A program made the translations under genes and the position numbers. A DNA stretch of 26,889 nucleotides from Deltaproteobacteria bacterium (GTDB lineage Bacteria > Myxococcota_A > UBA9160 > SMWR01): positions 1-26,889 of the forward strand of contig JAQBGU010000030.1 of assembly GCA_032128375.1 (NCBI GenBank). The letters run 5' to 3'. Position 1 is the stretch's first letter. Each line of letters opens with the position of its first letter. Shown one piece after another: positions 8,447-17,268 of this stretch. Under the pieces are notes generated by a model. That model saw only the letters and a list, made by a program, of their open reading frames with translations. It was not told the DNA's origin and made no database searches.

Positions 8447-8541
8447 AAACCCGCTCTGGCGTGCAGTCGAAGACGGTGGAGAATTCACGCTAGCGAGCAG
8501 CCACAATCCCTCGCCGACACCGACAGCCGCAACAGCCGCTC

Positions 8542-10851
8542 TCAGCGGAACAGAAACGCGTCGGGTGTCGTTTTCGGGTTCCGGATGCGCGGGAATGCAC
8601 CCAGACTCAGATCGGTTACTGACCCCGAGATCACCAGATCAAACGGAAGGATCGACTCGCGCGCGCGGACCATCCCGTAGCGTTCCCGCATGCCGCGGTA
8701 TGCGTAGTTCGAACTGGCCAGCGCGCGCGGATCGATATCTTCCACCAACCCGACCCGGGCGCGTTCGAAAAAAACGTCCCGGCTGGCGTCGGCTCCGAGC
8801 CGCTCATCGGGATCGATGAGCGAGTTGCGGAACGACGTTTCCTCGAGCTTCGCGATCAGGCGCGCGAATCGCTCTTCGGATAACTGCTGGTACACGATTG
8901 TCGGCGGGTCGTCGTCATCGCCACTTGCAGCCAGGAAATGAAGCTCGACCGCGCGGCCGCCGATCAGTGTGACACCACTTGGATGCAGCTCGCCGTTGGA
9001 TGATTCCTCGTCGAGCAGATGGGGATCCAGCCCGAGGCCGAGTGGTCCGGCGAAATCGCGGTTCTCGATGAGAAAACCGCGCGAGATCGCGACGTGTTGC
9101 GGGGTCGATTGGACGAACTCTTCGCGCGCAAGAGATCCGGCCTGCTGGCCGGCAACCGTATCGGTGTACTGCTGCGCGACCTGCCGGTACATCGCGCTGC
9201 GCAGGTCGCGACGAGTCTCTCGCTCGGCGATTTCGACCGCCTGGCTCGCAGCCTTCTCACGGAGCTCGGCGACCCGCTCGTCGTCGCGCTCGGGGTCCTG
9301 CTCTACCAGCTGATAGGCCCCGATCCAGTTATCACGCCCCTCTTCGAATCCGGTCAGCCAATCGAAAACCTCGCGCGAATGCTCCCCCTTCGGGTGGCTT
9401 ACCAGGTAGTACCGGGCAAACACCGAGGCGAGTTTTTCGGCTGGAACAACGTCCATGAAGGGCAGCTGAATCAACCGCAGCGGTGCCACGACTACGGACT
9501 GTGCGATCGAGGGAAGGTCGATCATCCATTCGAGCGGTCGGACCAGGCCACGGTCTCGTGGACCATCCATCCACTCTCCCACCACGACCCAGATTGCGCG
9601 GTGCTTACGGCTGAGGCGCTTCGCCTTTTCGAACGCATCGAAAGAGTTGCGGAAGGGGTCCGTCACGATGGAATTTGCGTGTCGCGCCATGTTGGATCCA
9701 TCGTCGTCCGCGAGATCCCCGAGTCGGTCCCACATCTCGATCTCTCGGCCTGACTCGCCGGCCAGAATGGCTTCGATGAACTCCGCTTCGTCGAACAATG
9801 ATTCTTCGCCAGAGGTTTCGCGAAACCCGCGGACTGCCGATGCGGTGTCCGCATACGGGTCCAGCAACGCGATCGCCAGCGTTCTCACATCGGTGCCCAT
9901 CGCGCCCGGATCGGGAGAGCTTTGCAGGCTTCGATACTCGTCCGCACGGTTGGCGAGGACCTGCTGTTCCGCTCGATCGCGAATTTCGGTTGCCTCTTCG
10001 TCTTCGGGGATGAAGCTCAGCGCGCGGTCGGCATATACGAGCGCGAGGCGTTCGTTGCCGAAGTCGAGCGCTCGCTCCGCAGCGTTGTACGCCCGATCGC
10101 CAAGGGTCTTGTCGAGCAGCACTTCTGCGCGTTCGATTCGCAGTCGCAATTCATCTGATTCGGGCGCGCCTGGGTAGCGCGAGACGAACTCCTTCCAGTG
10201 AGCGAGTGCTTGCCGGCGCTGCAATGGAAGCGGGTCTTGCTCGTAGAGTTGAATCGCGTAACCGAACAGTGATCGGCCAATTCGATACGGGGCCATCGGC
10301 AACGAGGTGATTGATTTGCCAACGGGCTCCGCGAGTGTATTGAATGCGCGTGCGAGAGAGATGAGCCACGCGTCGTGTATGCGATCGTCAGCCAGTGCCA
10401 GCGGATCGTCCTGTTCAGTCTGGGTTAGCCGCGCTCGGAGTGCCGGATCGAGGTCATCTCTTTCGAGCAGTGCTTGGGTGGCGTTTCGGTAGACCCGCGG
10501 CGCATCCATTGTGGCGTTGACGAGATCCGTCGCGATGGGAACCAAGCCTGTCGGTGGATTGCCGTCTGCCACCAGCACGGTGTCGATCGCACGCAGCCGC
10601 TTGAGAATCCGAGTTGCCTTGGGCAGGTCGGAGTTCAACGCAGCGGTCGCCAGTTCCGCGGCCGCATAATCGACCACATCCGGAACCCGATGGGGTAACT
10701 GCACGCCGGAATCGATGGCTTGCCCGATCGGCTTCGCCCCCGGCGTCCGACACCCCGGCAAGGTCGTGCACAGGGCCGCGAAGCTCACCAGCAGCGCACA
10801 TGCGCGTCTGGAAACGAGTGTGCGAGCGCGATCAGGGCGTGAACCGGTCAC
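8542..10851 (-). CDS. Uncharacterised 769-aa probable lipoprotein, mostly helical/TPR-like
   Basis: Long ORF with natural composition; Arg-rich N-terminus, hydrophobic stretch and LPGC lipobox-like motif; TPR-like segments (WKEFVSRYPGAPES, ALVYADRALSFIPEDEEA). Confidence 0.75.
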   Translation of the reverse strand: MTGSRPDRARTLVSRRACALLVSFAALCTTLPGCRTPGAKPIGQAIDSGVQLPHRVPDVVDYAAAELATAALNSDLPKATRILKRLRAIDTVLVADGNPPTGLVPIATDLVNATMDAPRVYRNATQALLERDDLDPALRARLTQTEQDDPLALADDRIHDAWLISLARAFNTLAEPVGKSITSLPMAPYRIGRSLFGYAIQLYEQDPLPLQRRQALAHWKEFVSRYPGAPESDELRLRIERAEVLLDKTLGDRAYNAAERALDFGNERLALVYADRALSFIPEDEEATEIRDRAEQQVLANRADEYRSLQSSPDPGAMGTDVRTLAIALLDPYADTASAVRGFRETSGEESLFDEAEFIEAILAGESGREIEMWDRLGDLADDDGSNMARHANSIVTDPFRNSFDAFEKAKRLSRKHRAIWVVVGEWMDGPRDRGLVRPLEWMIDLPSIAQSVVVAPLRLIQLPFMDVVPAEKLASVFARYYLVSHPKGEHSREVFDWLTGFEEGRDNWIGAYQLVEQDPERDDERVAELREKAASQAVEIAERETRRDLRSAMYRQVAQQYTDTVAGQQAGSLAREEFVQSTPQHVAISRGFLIENRDFAGPLGLGLDPHLLDEESSNGELHPSGVTLIGGRAVELHFLAASGDDDDPPTIVYQQLSEERFARLIAKLEETSFRNSLIDPDERLGADASRDVFFERARVGLVEDIDPRALASSNYAYRGMRERYGMVRARESILPFDLVISGSVTDLSLGAFPRIRNPKTTPDAFLFR

Positions 10852-11890
10852 GATCTATCCGTATGGCGAAAGCGAGAAAGGCCTCGAGTCGGCGCGAGGC
10901 TTCCAGCTTTTCCGGTGTCCCGTCGCGGCGTGCCACCATTTCGTAGAGCCGCGAGGCGCCTTCGATCAACTCGCTGAATCGGACCGGATCAAAGGAAAGG
11001 CTCTCGGGTGGATGAATCTCGGCGTAACCGACCGCCAGGTCGGCATATAGGTCTGCCAGGCTGAGCAGATGCCGGTTGAAATTCTTGCTCTCCGAATGAC
11101 GGCTGATGACTCTCTGCCGTTCAGATACCGCAAGCACGTCGCCATCGATTCTGGTGGTACGAATGCCGTCGAAGTAGTTGGCCCGCAGCAGATCCGCTCG
11201 CTCGATTTCTTCGGCGACGATGGCTTCATAGTGAGTTCCGCCGACCGATAGCGCCAGTTCGTCGAGAATCGCGACCCTGGTTTCGAACTCCTTGAGTACA
11301 GTTGGCACGTCGAGCTCCGACAAGCGCTGCTCGGTGATGAGGTCGGCCTCGTCGTTGCCAGTCGATTCGAGTCCGAGGTCCATCTGGGCCGCACGCTGGA
11401 GCGTGTTACACACGTCCGCGCTGCGCAGCGCCTCCGCGCGGAGTTCATCGCTCTGGTCGCCCGCCAACTCGTAGCTCTGGGCCGACAGATCGAACGCTGA
11501 AAGCCGTTCCAATGAGCGGGCTTTCGCGAACGAGATCACACCGTCCATGTGGCCCACACGAAGCGCATCAGCGTGGAGGCGCTCGAGATTCTCGAGCCGA
11601 AGCAGTGAGCTGCGATAAACGTTGCGGCCAGTGAAGTCACGGGCCGGCTCGAATCGGTAGGTGTCGTCCGAGATGTGCGCGCGCAGCACGGAAACGACTT
11701 CCAACACGTTCTCGGCGGGCCGATACAGCGGGTCCACCTCGGGCGTATTGGCACAGCCCGCACACATCGCGATTGTCCATGCAGCCACCAGCCGGACGGG
11801 CCGAACTTTGCGGACCAGTTCTCTGACCGGTGCCGGTGATGCACCGAGGAGCGCAAAGCTTGCGCGGCAGCGAGTCGTCAGCGCGCGCAT
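10832..11890 (-). CDS. Uncharacterised 352-aa probable lipoprotein, helical-repeat-like
   Basis: ATG is 2 nt after the cimA stop; VRLVAAWTIAMCAGC is lipobox-like (non-canonical); helical acidic body; overlaps the next gene by 20 nt. Confidence 0.72.
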   Translation of the reverse strand: MRALTTRCRASFALLGASPAPVRELVRKVRPVRLVAAWTIAMCAGCANTPEVDPLYRPAENVLEVVSVLRAHISDDTYRFEPARDFTGRNVYRSSLLRLENLERLHADALRVGHMDGVISFAKARSLERLSAFDLSAQSYELAGDQSDELRAEALRSADVCNTLQRAAQMDLGLESTGNDEADLITEQRLSELDVPTVLKEFETRVAILDELALSVGGTHYEAIVAEEIERADLLRANYFDGIRTTRIDGDVLAVSERQRVISRHSESKNFNRHLLSLADLYADLAVGYAEIHPPESLSFDPVRFSELIEGASRLYEMVARRDGTPEKLEASRRLEAFLAFAIRIDRDRFTP

Positions 11891-11892
11891 GG

Positions 11893-13497
11893 TCAGCCCC
11901 TCGAGGTCGTCTTCCGCGATTTCTGGGTCGGCTTCTTTGCAGGCTTCTCTTTGGACTTCGGCTGGGTCAACACCGCGTTCAGCATTTTTTCGGTTGCGAT
12001 CACTGCGGCCGCCAGTTGGTCCGAATCGAGCCCCAGCGTCGAAAATGTGCCGTCCGCTGCATTGCCCGATTTCCAGGTAATGACTGTCTCAACAAGTGCA
12101 GCTGTGCGCCCTCCAGGAGGAATCCGGACGCGAAAATCCACGAGGCGCGGCACTTCGATTTCGAACTGTTTCGCCGCGCTGCGCAGAGCATTCATGAATG
12201 CGTCGTAGCCACCGTCGCCCCGCGTCTTTGCGCTGGCAGTTTCGCCGCGATAGGAGAGTACGACTTCCGCGTGCGGTGTCTCGTGTGTGCCGACCACAAC
12301 GCGATAGGACTCGACGCGAAGCAGCAGCTCAGTGGGTGATTTCAAGACATCGGCGATGATGTAGGGGAGATCCTGTACGGTGATCCGGTTCTTCCGATCT
12401 CCAAGTTCGACAATGCGCTGCAGCACGAGGTTCTTGTTTTCGGCGCTGAGTTCGATTCCGAGCGCCTTCAGGTTGTGTTCCAGCGAGGCCTTTCCAGCCA
12501 GTTTCCCCAGCGCATAACGTCTGCGTTCGCCGAAGCGAGACGGCAACAGCCGGTTCGCGTAGAGATCCCCTTTTGCATCGCCATCGGCGTGGATCCCAGC
12601 TGTCTGGGTATACACGTCACGACCGACGATCGGAGTGTTGGCCGATACGTCCTTTCCGCTGAAGGTTTCGACCAGCCTAGACAGCGCCGATAGCCGCGAC
12701 TCGACGATTCCGGTGCGGAACTCCGTGTGGTCATGGAGCGCGGCGACTATTTCGGCGAGACGCACGTTGCCGGTTCGTTCACCCAGGCCGTTGACGCTGG
12801 TGTGCACGCCCTTGGCGCCCGCCGCTACCGCGGCGAGTGCGTTGGCGGTCGCCAACCCATAGTCGTTGTGGCCGTGGAATTCGAACGTCACGTCAGGCCA
12901 GGTCGAGACCATCAGGCTGACGTAGCGGGTGACATGGGTCGGCGAGAAGATCCCCAGCGTATCGGCCAGAAAAATTCGCTCAACACCCAACGATGAGAGC
13001 AACTCGACCATCGCATAGACATAGGTGAACGAATCTCGCACGCCGCTCGACCAATCCTCGAGGTAAGCGTTGACTTTCAGGCGCTTTTTCTTGGCTGCTC
13101 GGATCGTCTGAGTGACGGCATTTCGATGTGCCTCGGGTTCGAGGCCGAGTTGGATTTTGCAGTGCTTTTCTGAACCCTTCACCAGCAGGTTCATCACCCG
13201 ACCGCCCGTTGCGACAATCCAATTGACCGAAGTCGAGCCGTCGCAGTAGCCGAGTATCTCGACCCGCGACAACAAGCGGTTCTTGCGGGCCCAGTCGACA
13301 ACCAGCCGAGCGGCTTCGCGCTCGCCCTCCGAAACGCGTGTCGATGCAATTTCGATGCGATCGAGTTTTACGTCAGCGAGCAACAGGCGGGCGAGCTGGA
13401 GTTTCTCAACGGGGAAATAAGCGACGTCAGGAGTCTGTTCTCCGTCGCGCAGCGTGGTGTCCATAACGGCGATGTGATTTCGGTCGGTTCTGCTCAC
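11893..13497 (-). CDS. cimA: DRE-TIM synthase, probably (R)-citramalate synthase of the Leptospira/Bacteroidetes type (LeuA/CimA family)
   Basis: MDTTLRDGEQT, DRIEIASTRVSEGE, YLEDWS, FHGHNDYGLA, GLGERTGN, QTAGIHADGD, and regulatory domain GDGGYDAF...RIPPGGRTAALVETVITW. Start set at GTG 13497 (GGAG 8 nt upstream). Substrate specificity is inferred. Confidence 0.78.
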   Translation of the reverse strand: MSRTDRNHIAVMDTTLRDGEQTPDVAYFPVEKLQLARLLLADVKLDRIEIASTRVSEGEREAARLVVDWARKNRLLSRVEILGYCDGSTSVNWIVATGGRVMNLLVKGSEKHCKIQLGLEPEAHRNAVTQTIRAAKKKRLKVNAYLEDWSSGVRDSFTYVYAMVELLSSLGVERIFLADTLGIFSPTHVTRYVSLMVSTWPDVTFEFHGHNDYGLATANALAAVAAGAKGVHTSVNGLGERTGNVRLAEIVAALHDHTEFRTGIVESRLSALSRLVETFSGKDVSANTPIVGRDVYTQTAGIHADGDAKGDLYANRLLPSRFGERRRYALGKLAGKASLEHNLKALGIELSAENKNLVLQRIVELGDRKNRITVQDLPYIIADVLKSPTELLLRVESYRVVVGTHETPHAEVVLSYRGETASAKTRGDGGYDAFMNALRSAAKQFEIEVPRLVDFRVRIPPGGRTAALVETVITWKSGNAADGTFSTLGLDSDQLAAAVIATEKMLNAVLTQPKSKEKPAKKPTQKSRKTTSRG

Positions 13498-13602
13498 GGA
13501 TCGGGCTCCAGAGGATCGGGAGACTTTCGCCCCGTGCAGCGCGCTGTCAACCTGTGAAAATTTCGTCGCAAATCGCCTGGGCAAGCCCGATACACTCATG
13601 CC

Positions 13603-14544
13603 GTGCCCGAATCCGATCGCCAGCTAGATGTTCACAATTCTGACTCCGGCCAGAGGCTGGATCGCTTCCTCGCCGACCGGCTGCAGCTTTCGCGGTCCGC
13701 TGTCCGCCGTCTGCTGGCCCGAGGCGCGGTATCGATCGACCAGCAGGTTGTCGATGAGAGCGCAAAAGGCCGGAATCTGCTCATGGGAAGCTGTATCTCG
13801 GTGGCTCCGTTCGCGCGACCCGAGGACGAACGAGCGCTGCCCGATTCGAGCGAATCGCTGGTGGTGCTGGCAGAAGGCCCTGGCTGGCTCGCGGTCGACA
13901 AGCCGGCGGGCGTCGCGGTACATCCATTGCGCGTCGACGAGACGGGCACGCTGCTCAACGCGCTGATCGCTCGCTCGCCCGAAACCCACGGCGTCGGTGA
14001 AGGGGGTTTGCGAAGTGGCGTGGTGCACAGGATCGACGTCGACACCTCAGGCGTGGTGCTGTTCGCGACGAGTGAGCCAGTCTGGCAGCGGATTCGGGCC
14101 GCGTTTGCCGCCCACGAGGTCCAGAAACACTACCGGGCGATCGTGTTGGGGCATCTGTCCGGTGAGGGGAGCATCGAAGTGGGGCTGGTGACGGCTCGTC
14201 ATCGTCCAGCCCGAGTGCGCGTGGTCAGTGAATCGGAAGCGGTGCACGCCCGGGGTATCCGGATGAGTGGGATGCGATGGCGGTCGGTCGCACTGCTGGA
14301 CGGAGCCACGCTGGTGGAGGTCTCTCCCCGCACCGGTTTCCTGCACCAGATTCGCGTAACACTCGCCCACATGGGATTTCCGGTCGCAGGCGACAAGACC
14401 TACGGACCGCAGCTCGATCCCACCGCTGCGCCTCGCCACATGCTCCATGCTGCGCGGGCGACGCTCGACGAAATCGCCGCACACAGTCCCGACCCGCCGG
14501 ATTTCGCCGAACAGTTGCACCGGCTCGCCAGAACCGATGAGTGA
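13603..14544 (+). CDS. RluA/RluD-family RNA pseudouridine synthase with N-terminal S4-like domain
   Basis: GQRLDRFLA..SRS, VDKPAGVAVHP, GVVHRIDVDTSG (catalytic Asp), HQIRV, GFPVAGDKTYG, MLHA. Confidence 0.93.
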   Translation: MPESDRQLDVHNSDSGQRLDRFLADRLQLSRSAVRRLLARGAVSIDQQVVDESAKGRNLLMGSCISVAPFARPEDERALPDSSESLVVLAEGPGWLAVDKPAGVAVHPLRVDETGTLLNALIARSPETHGVGEGGLRSGVVHRIDVDTSGVVLFATSEPVWQRIRAAFAAHEVQKHYRAIVLGHLSGEGSIEVGLVTARHRPARVRVVSESEAVHARGIRMSGMRWRSVALLDGATLVEVSPRTGFLHQIRVTLAHMGFPVAGDKTYGPQLDPTAAPRHMLHAARATLDEIAAHSPDPPDFAEQLHRLARTDE

Positions 14545-14643
14545 CCTGAGAGGAATATCGGGTCGCTCGACGCTGCAAATGTGTCCTCGCCTGACGCGAA
14601 CCCTGGGGATCGACCGGATGGTGTAAGTCTCAGCTGCGGCGCG

Positions 14644-15303
14644 CTAGCGCTTGCGCAGCAGCGTGAGTCCGTCTGAGATCGGCAGCATCACACAATCGAC
14701 CCGGCTGTCGGAACAGACGTGGTCGTTGAAGGCGCGAATCGCGCCCGTCTGATCGTCGGTGACTTCCGGATTGGCGACGGAGCCGCCCCACAATACGTTG
14801 TCGACCAGGATCACGCCCCCGGTCCGCACAAGCGGCATCAACTTCTCGAAGTATTCGATGTACGAGGGTTTGTCCGCATCAATGAACGCAAGATCGAAGT
14901 CGGCACGCTGGGGGAGGGACGCGAGTGTTTCGATCGCGGGCGCAATCTCGAGGTCGATCTTGTGGGCAACGCCGGCCTCCTCCCAAAATGGCGCGCCGAT
15001 CTGCGTCCATTCGTCGCTTACGTCGCAGCAGATGAGCTGGCCATCTTCAGGAAGCCCTAGCGCGATACAAAGCGCCGAGTATCCGGTGAAGGTACCGATT
15101 TCGATCGCGCGCTTTGCACCTATTGCGCGGGCGAACAAGGTCATGAACGCGCCCTGTTCCGGCGCGATCTGCATTCTCGACACGCCGCCGAGCTTGGCGG
15201 TGGCATCGATGAGTGCGCTCTTCACGTCATCCGGTGGGGTTCCGTGCGCGACCATATAGTCATGAACCCGCGCCGACAATTGAAACGACTTCGGATCGGC
15301 CAA
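14644..15303 (-). CDS. Class I SAM-dependent O-methyltransferase (caffeoyl-CoA OMT-like)
   Basis: MQIAPEQG, EIGTFTGYSAL, FDLAFIDADK, DNVLWGG, LPISDGLTL; AGGAGG SD before the TTG start. Confidence 0.95.
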   Translation of the reverse strand: MADPKSFQLSARVHDYMVAHGTPPDDVKSALIDATAKLGGVSRMQIAPEQGAFMTLFARAIGAKRAIEIGTFTGYSALCIALGLPEDGQLICCDVSDEWTQIGAPFWEEAGVAHKIDLEIAPAIETLASLPQRADFDLAFIDADKPSYIEYFEKLMPLVRTGGVILVDNVLWGGSVANPEVTDDQTGAIRAFNDHVCSDSRVDCVMLPISDGLTLLRKR

Positions 15304-15377
15304 AGCGTGGGCCTCCTGAGTGCTGTTGAATCGGTGTGGCGAACTGGCGTCGTGAGTTCGGGTGCGATCTGGTGGAA

Positions 15378-15695
15378 TCAGCTGCTCGATTGCAACTGCA
15401 TTGCCAATGCCTTTTCGTCTTCCGCTTCGGTGATCTTTCCCTGCGCCTGGTACAGGATCGATAAGTTGGTGTGACTCAAAGGATCGTCGGGTTCGATTTC
15501 CGCGATTTTCAACGCAGCAGCAACGGCGCCATCCAGGTCACCCTTGCGTTGCAGCGTCTTCGACAACCCGTTCCACGCGATCGACAGGCTGGGATCTGCT
15601 TCTGTTGCACGTCGGTAGCAATCGATGGCTTCGTCTATCCGATCGTTTGCAAAGTGCTGGAATCCTTCTTTGAACAGTGCGCGTGCGTCAGACAT
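15378..15695 (-). CDS. Small TPR protein (105 aa)
   Basis: ALFKEG...DEAIDCYRRATEADP..AWNGL...IEPDDPLSHTNLSILYQAQGKITEAE; start moved to ATG 15695. Confidence 0.88.
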   Translation of the reverse strand: MSDARALFKEGFQHFANDRIDEAIDCYRRATEADPSLSIAWNGLSKTLQRKGDLDGAVAAALKIAEIEPDDPLSHTNLSILYQAQGKITEAEDEKALAMQLQSSS

Positions 15696-15717
15696 CTCGC
15701 CGGTCACCTTGTCGGGG

Positions 15718-16206
15718 TCAGGGCAACTTCTCGAATTGCCGTAGGTAGAGATGAATGTCGCGACCGGTGTGGCGGTCGCCGTCTCTTTCCGCGAGCCCGA
15801 TGGCGCGTGCAAAAATTTCAGCAGCCTCCACCGGGTTTCCCGATTCCAGAAGCGCGCGGCCGAGTTCGCGATGTGCGGCGGTATGGTTGGGATCGAGCTC
15901 GATCACCCGACGCAGGGCGTCGACAGCTTCGCCAGAACGATGCAGGTCGAGCAATGAGCCACCCAAACCGAACCAACTCTCCACGTCACCCGCGTTCTTG
16001 TCGAGCAACCCGCGAATGCGAGTCACTTTTTCCTTCAAGATGTCGGGGTCACTTCGAGCCAATTGAGGGAAAGTAGCGGAGCTGTTCGGTCCCTGCGCGA
16101 CGATTTTGCTGATGTCTTCGTCCGTCGACCGAAACACAGGTTTTCCCGACGGAGCAACGATGCGAACGGGCACTGCGGCGAGCGCAGGGTCTTCGGCGCT
16201 GGTCAG
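15718..16206 (-). CDS. TPR protein, start uncertain (CTG 16206 or GTG 16173)
   Basis: SWFGLGGSL...EAVDALRRVIELDPNHTAAHRELGRALLESG..EA; the track ORF upstream of 16206 is only overlap with the GNAT gene. Confidence 0.8.
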   Translation of the reverse strand: MTSAEDPALAAVPVRIVAPSGKPVFRSTDEDISKIVAQGPNSSATFPQLARSDPDILKEKVTRIRGLLDKNAGDVESWFGLGGSLLDLHRSGEAVDALRRVIELDPNHTAAHRELGRALLESGNPVEAAEIFARAIGLAERDGDRHTGRDIHLYLRQFEKLP

Positions 16207-17096
16207 TCGGCTTTTAGGCGCTTTTCGAGTACATCGACGAGTCGCGCTCTTCGGAACCCGACTTTCTCGTACGCACGCAGCGCTGTGCGGTTTGCGGGCG
16301 ACAGCATCAGCATGGCGGTCAGCGCGCCCGACTCGAACTGGCGCGCTAACGCCCACGCGACGAGTGTCGAACCCAGACCGCGATCGCGCAATTCCTGGAC
16401 TACACCGACGAATGACACCCACACACGCTGTTGCCAGTGCGTACCGATCTCTGTGAACGCGACCACGCGCCCGTCCAACCGGGATACTGCATGCGCATGC
16501 CGGCCATCCTCGAGAACGGCGCGCATGGTATTCGAATCTCGCGCTTCGAAACCGCATGCGGTGTAGATCTCCAAGATTGCGTCGGCATCATCGATCTGAG
16601 CCAAGCTGATTTCGAAACCCATAAGGGAGGAATGAGCGGCGTTGACTTTGCCGTCGCAACGCATCCAGAAATGCTGACGGACGGGGCGAAAGCCGTGACT
16701 GGTGAGCAACGAGTAGCCGCCACGATTTCGGGTTCCGATCCCGGCGAACACGACTTCGATTCCCAGCACAGCGGTGGCGAGCTGTTGGGCCGCGCGCAAG
16801 AGCTCGCCGCCAACTCCTCGACCCCGGCTGCCGCGACTGACGATCGGGCAGAACAGGGCGGCCGAGCTCGCACCCGGCTGGCGCAGAAAGCCGACCAGGC
16901 CGACCACGCCGTCAGCATCGTGTGCGACCAACAGATGCTCTTGCGGACTGATTCCGAAACACTCGAATTCTGAAAACAGTTCGGCTTCGGTCTGCCACAA
17001 CGGGTTGAGGACGAAATCGCTCTCGCCTCGCGAACAAGTCGATGCGAGACTCGCGAGCGCGCCTGCGTCACTGGGATGAAAAGCACGGATTTCCAA
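16203..17096 (-). CDS. Tandem GNAT-family N-acetyltransferase
   Basis: Two acetyl-CoA motifs (RGRGVGGELL and RDRGLGSTLV), NRTALRAYEKVGF; GGAGG SD 9 nt before TTG 17096. Confidence 0.9.
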   Translation of the reverse strand: MEIRAFHPSDAGALASLASTCSRGESDFVLNPLWQTEAELFSEFECFGISPQEHLLVAHDADGVVGLVGFLRQPGASSAALFCPIVSRGSRGRGVGGELLRAAQQLATAVLGIEVVFAGIGTRNRGGYSLLTSHGFRPVRQHFWMRCDGKVNAAHSSLMGFEISLAQIDDADAILEIYTACGFEARDSNTMRAVLEDGRHAHAVSRLDGRVVAFTEIGTHWQQRVWVSFVGVVQELRDRGLGSTLVAWALARQFESGALTAMLMLSPANRTALRAYEKVGFRRARLVDVLEKRLKAD

Positions 17097-17214
17097 GGGG
17101 GGAGACCTCCACAGCAATTGATCATACGGCGAAGCGTCGCTTGGAGGCAGGGAGTTCTGGTCTGCCGGTACGCGAATCTACTGCCTGCTGTCGATCAACG
17201 ATGGCCTAGCAGCC

Positions 17215-17223
17215 TGCTACGCT
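17215..17223 (+). promoter_or_regulatory. Extended -10-like element upstream of sppA
   Basis: TGcTACGCT in the divergent GNAT/sppA gap; would place the TSS near 17230 and favours the GTG 17269 start. Confidence 0.4.
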
Positions 17224-17268
17224 TCCGTGACGAAGGTCTGTTTGAACCTGTGGCGAGGGCAAGGCAAA

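Noticed and set aside
13498..13599. 34-aa N-terminal extension of CimA in the ORF track
   Set aside because: It would leave only 3 bp to the divergent gene; the region holds a TTGACA (13550-13545) and an SD before GTG 13497.
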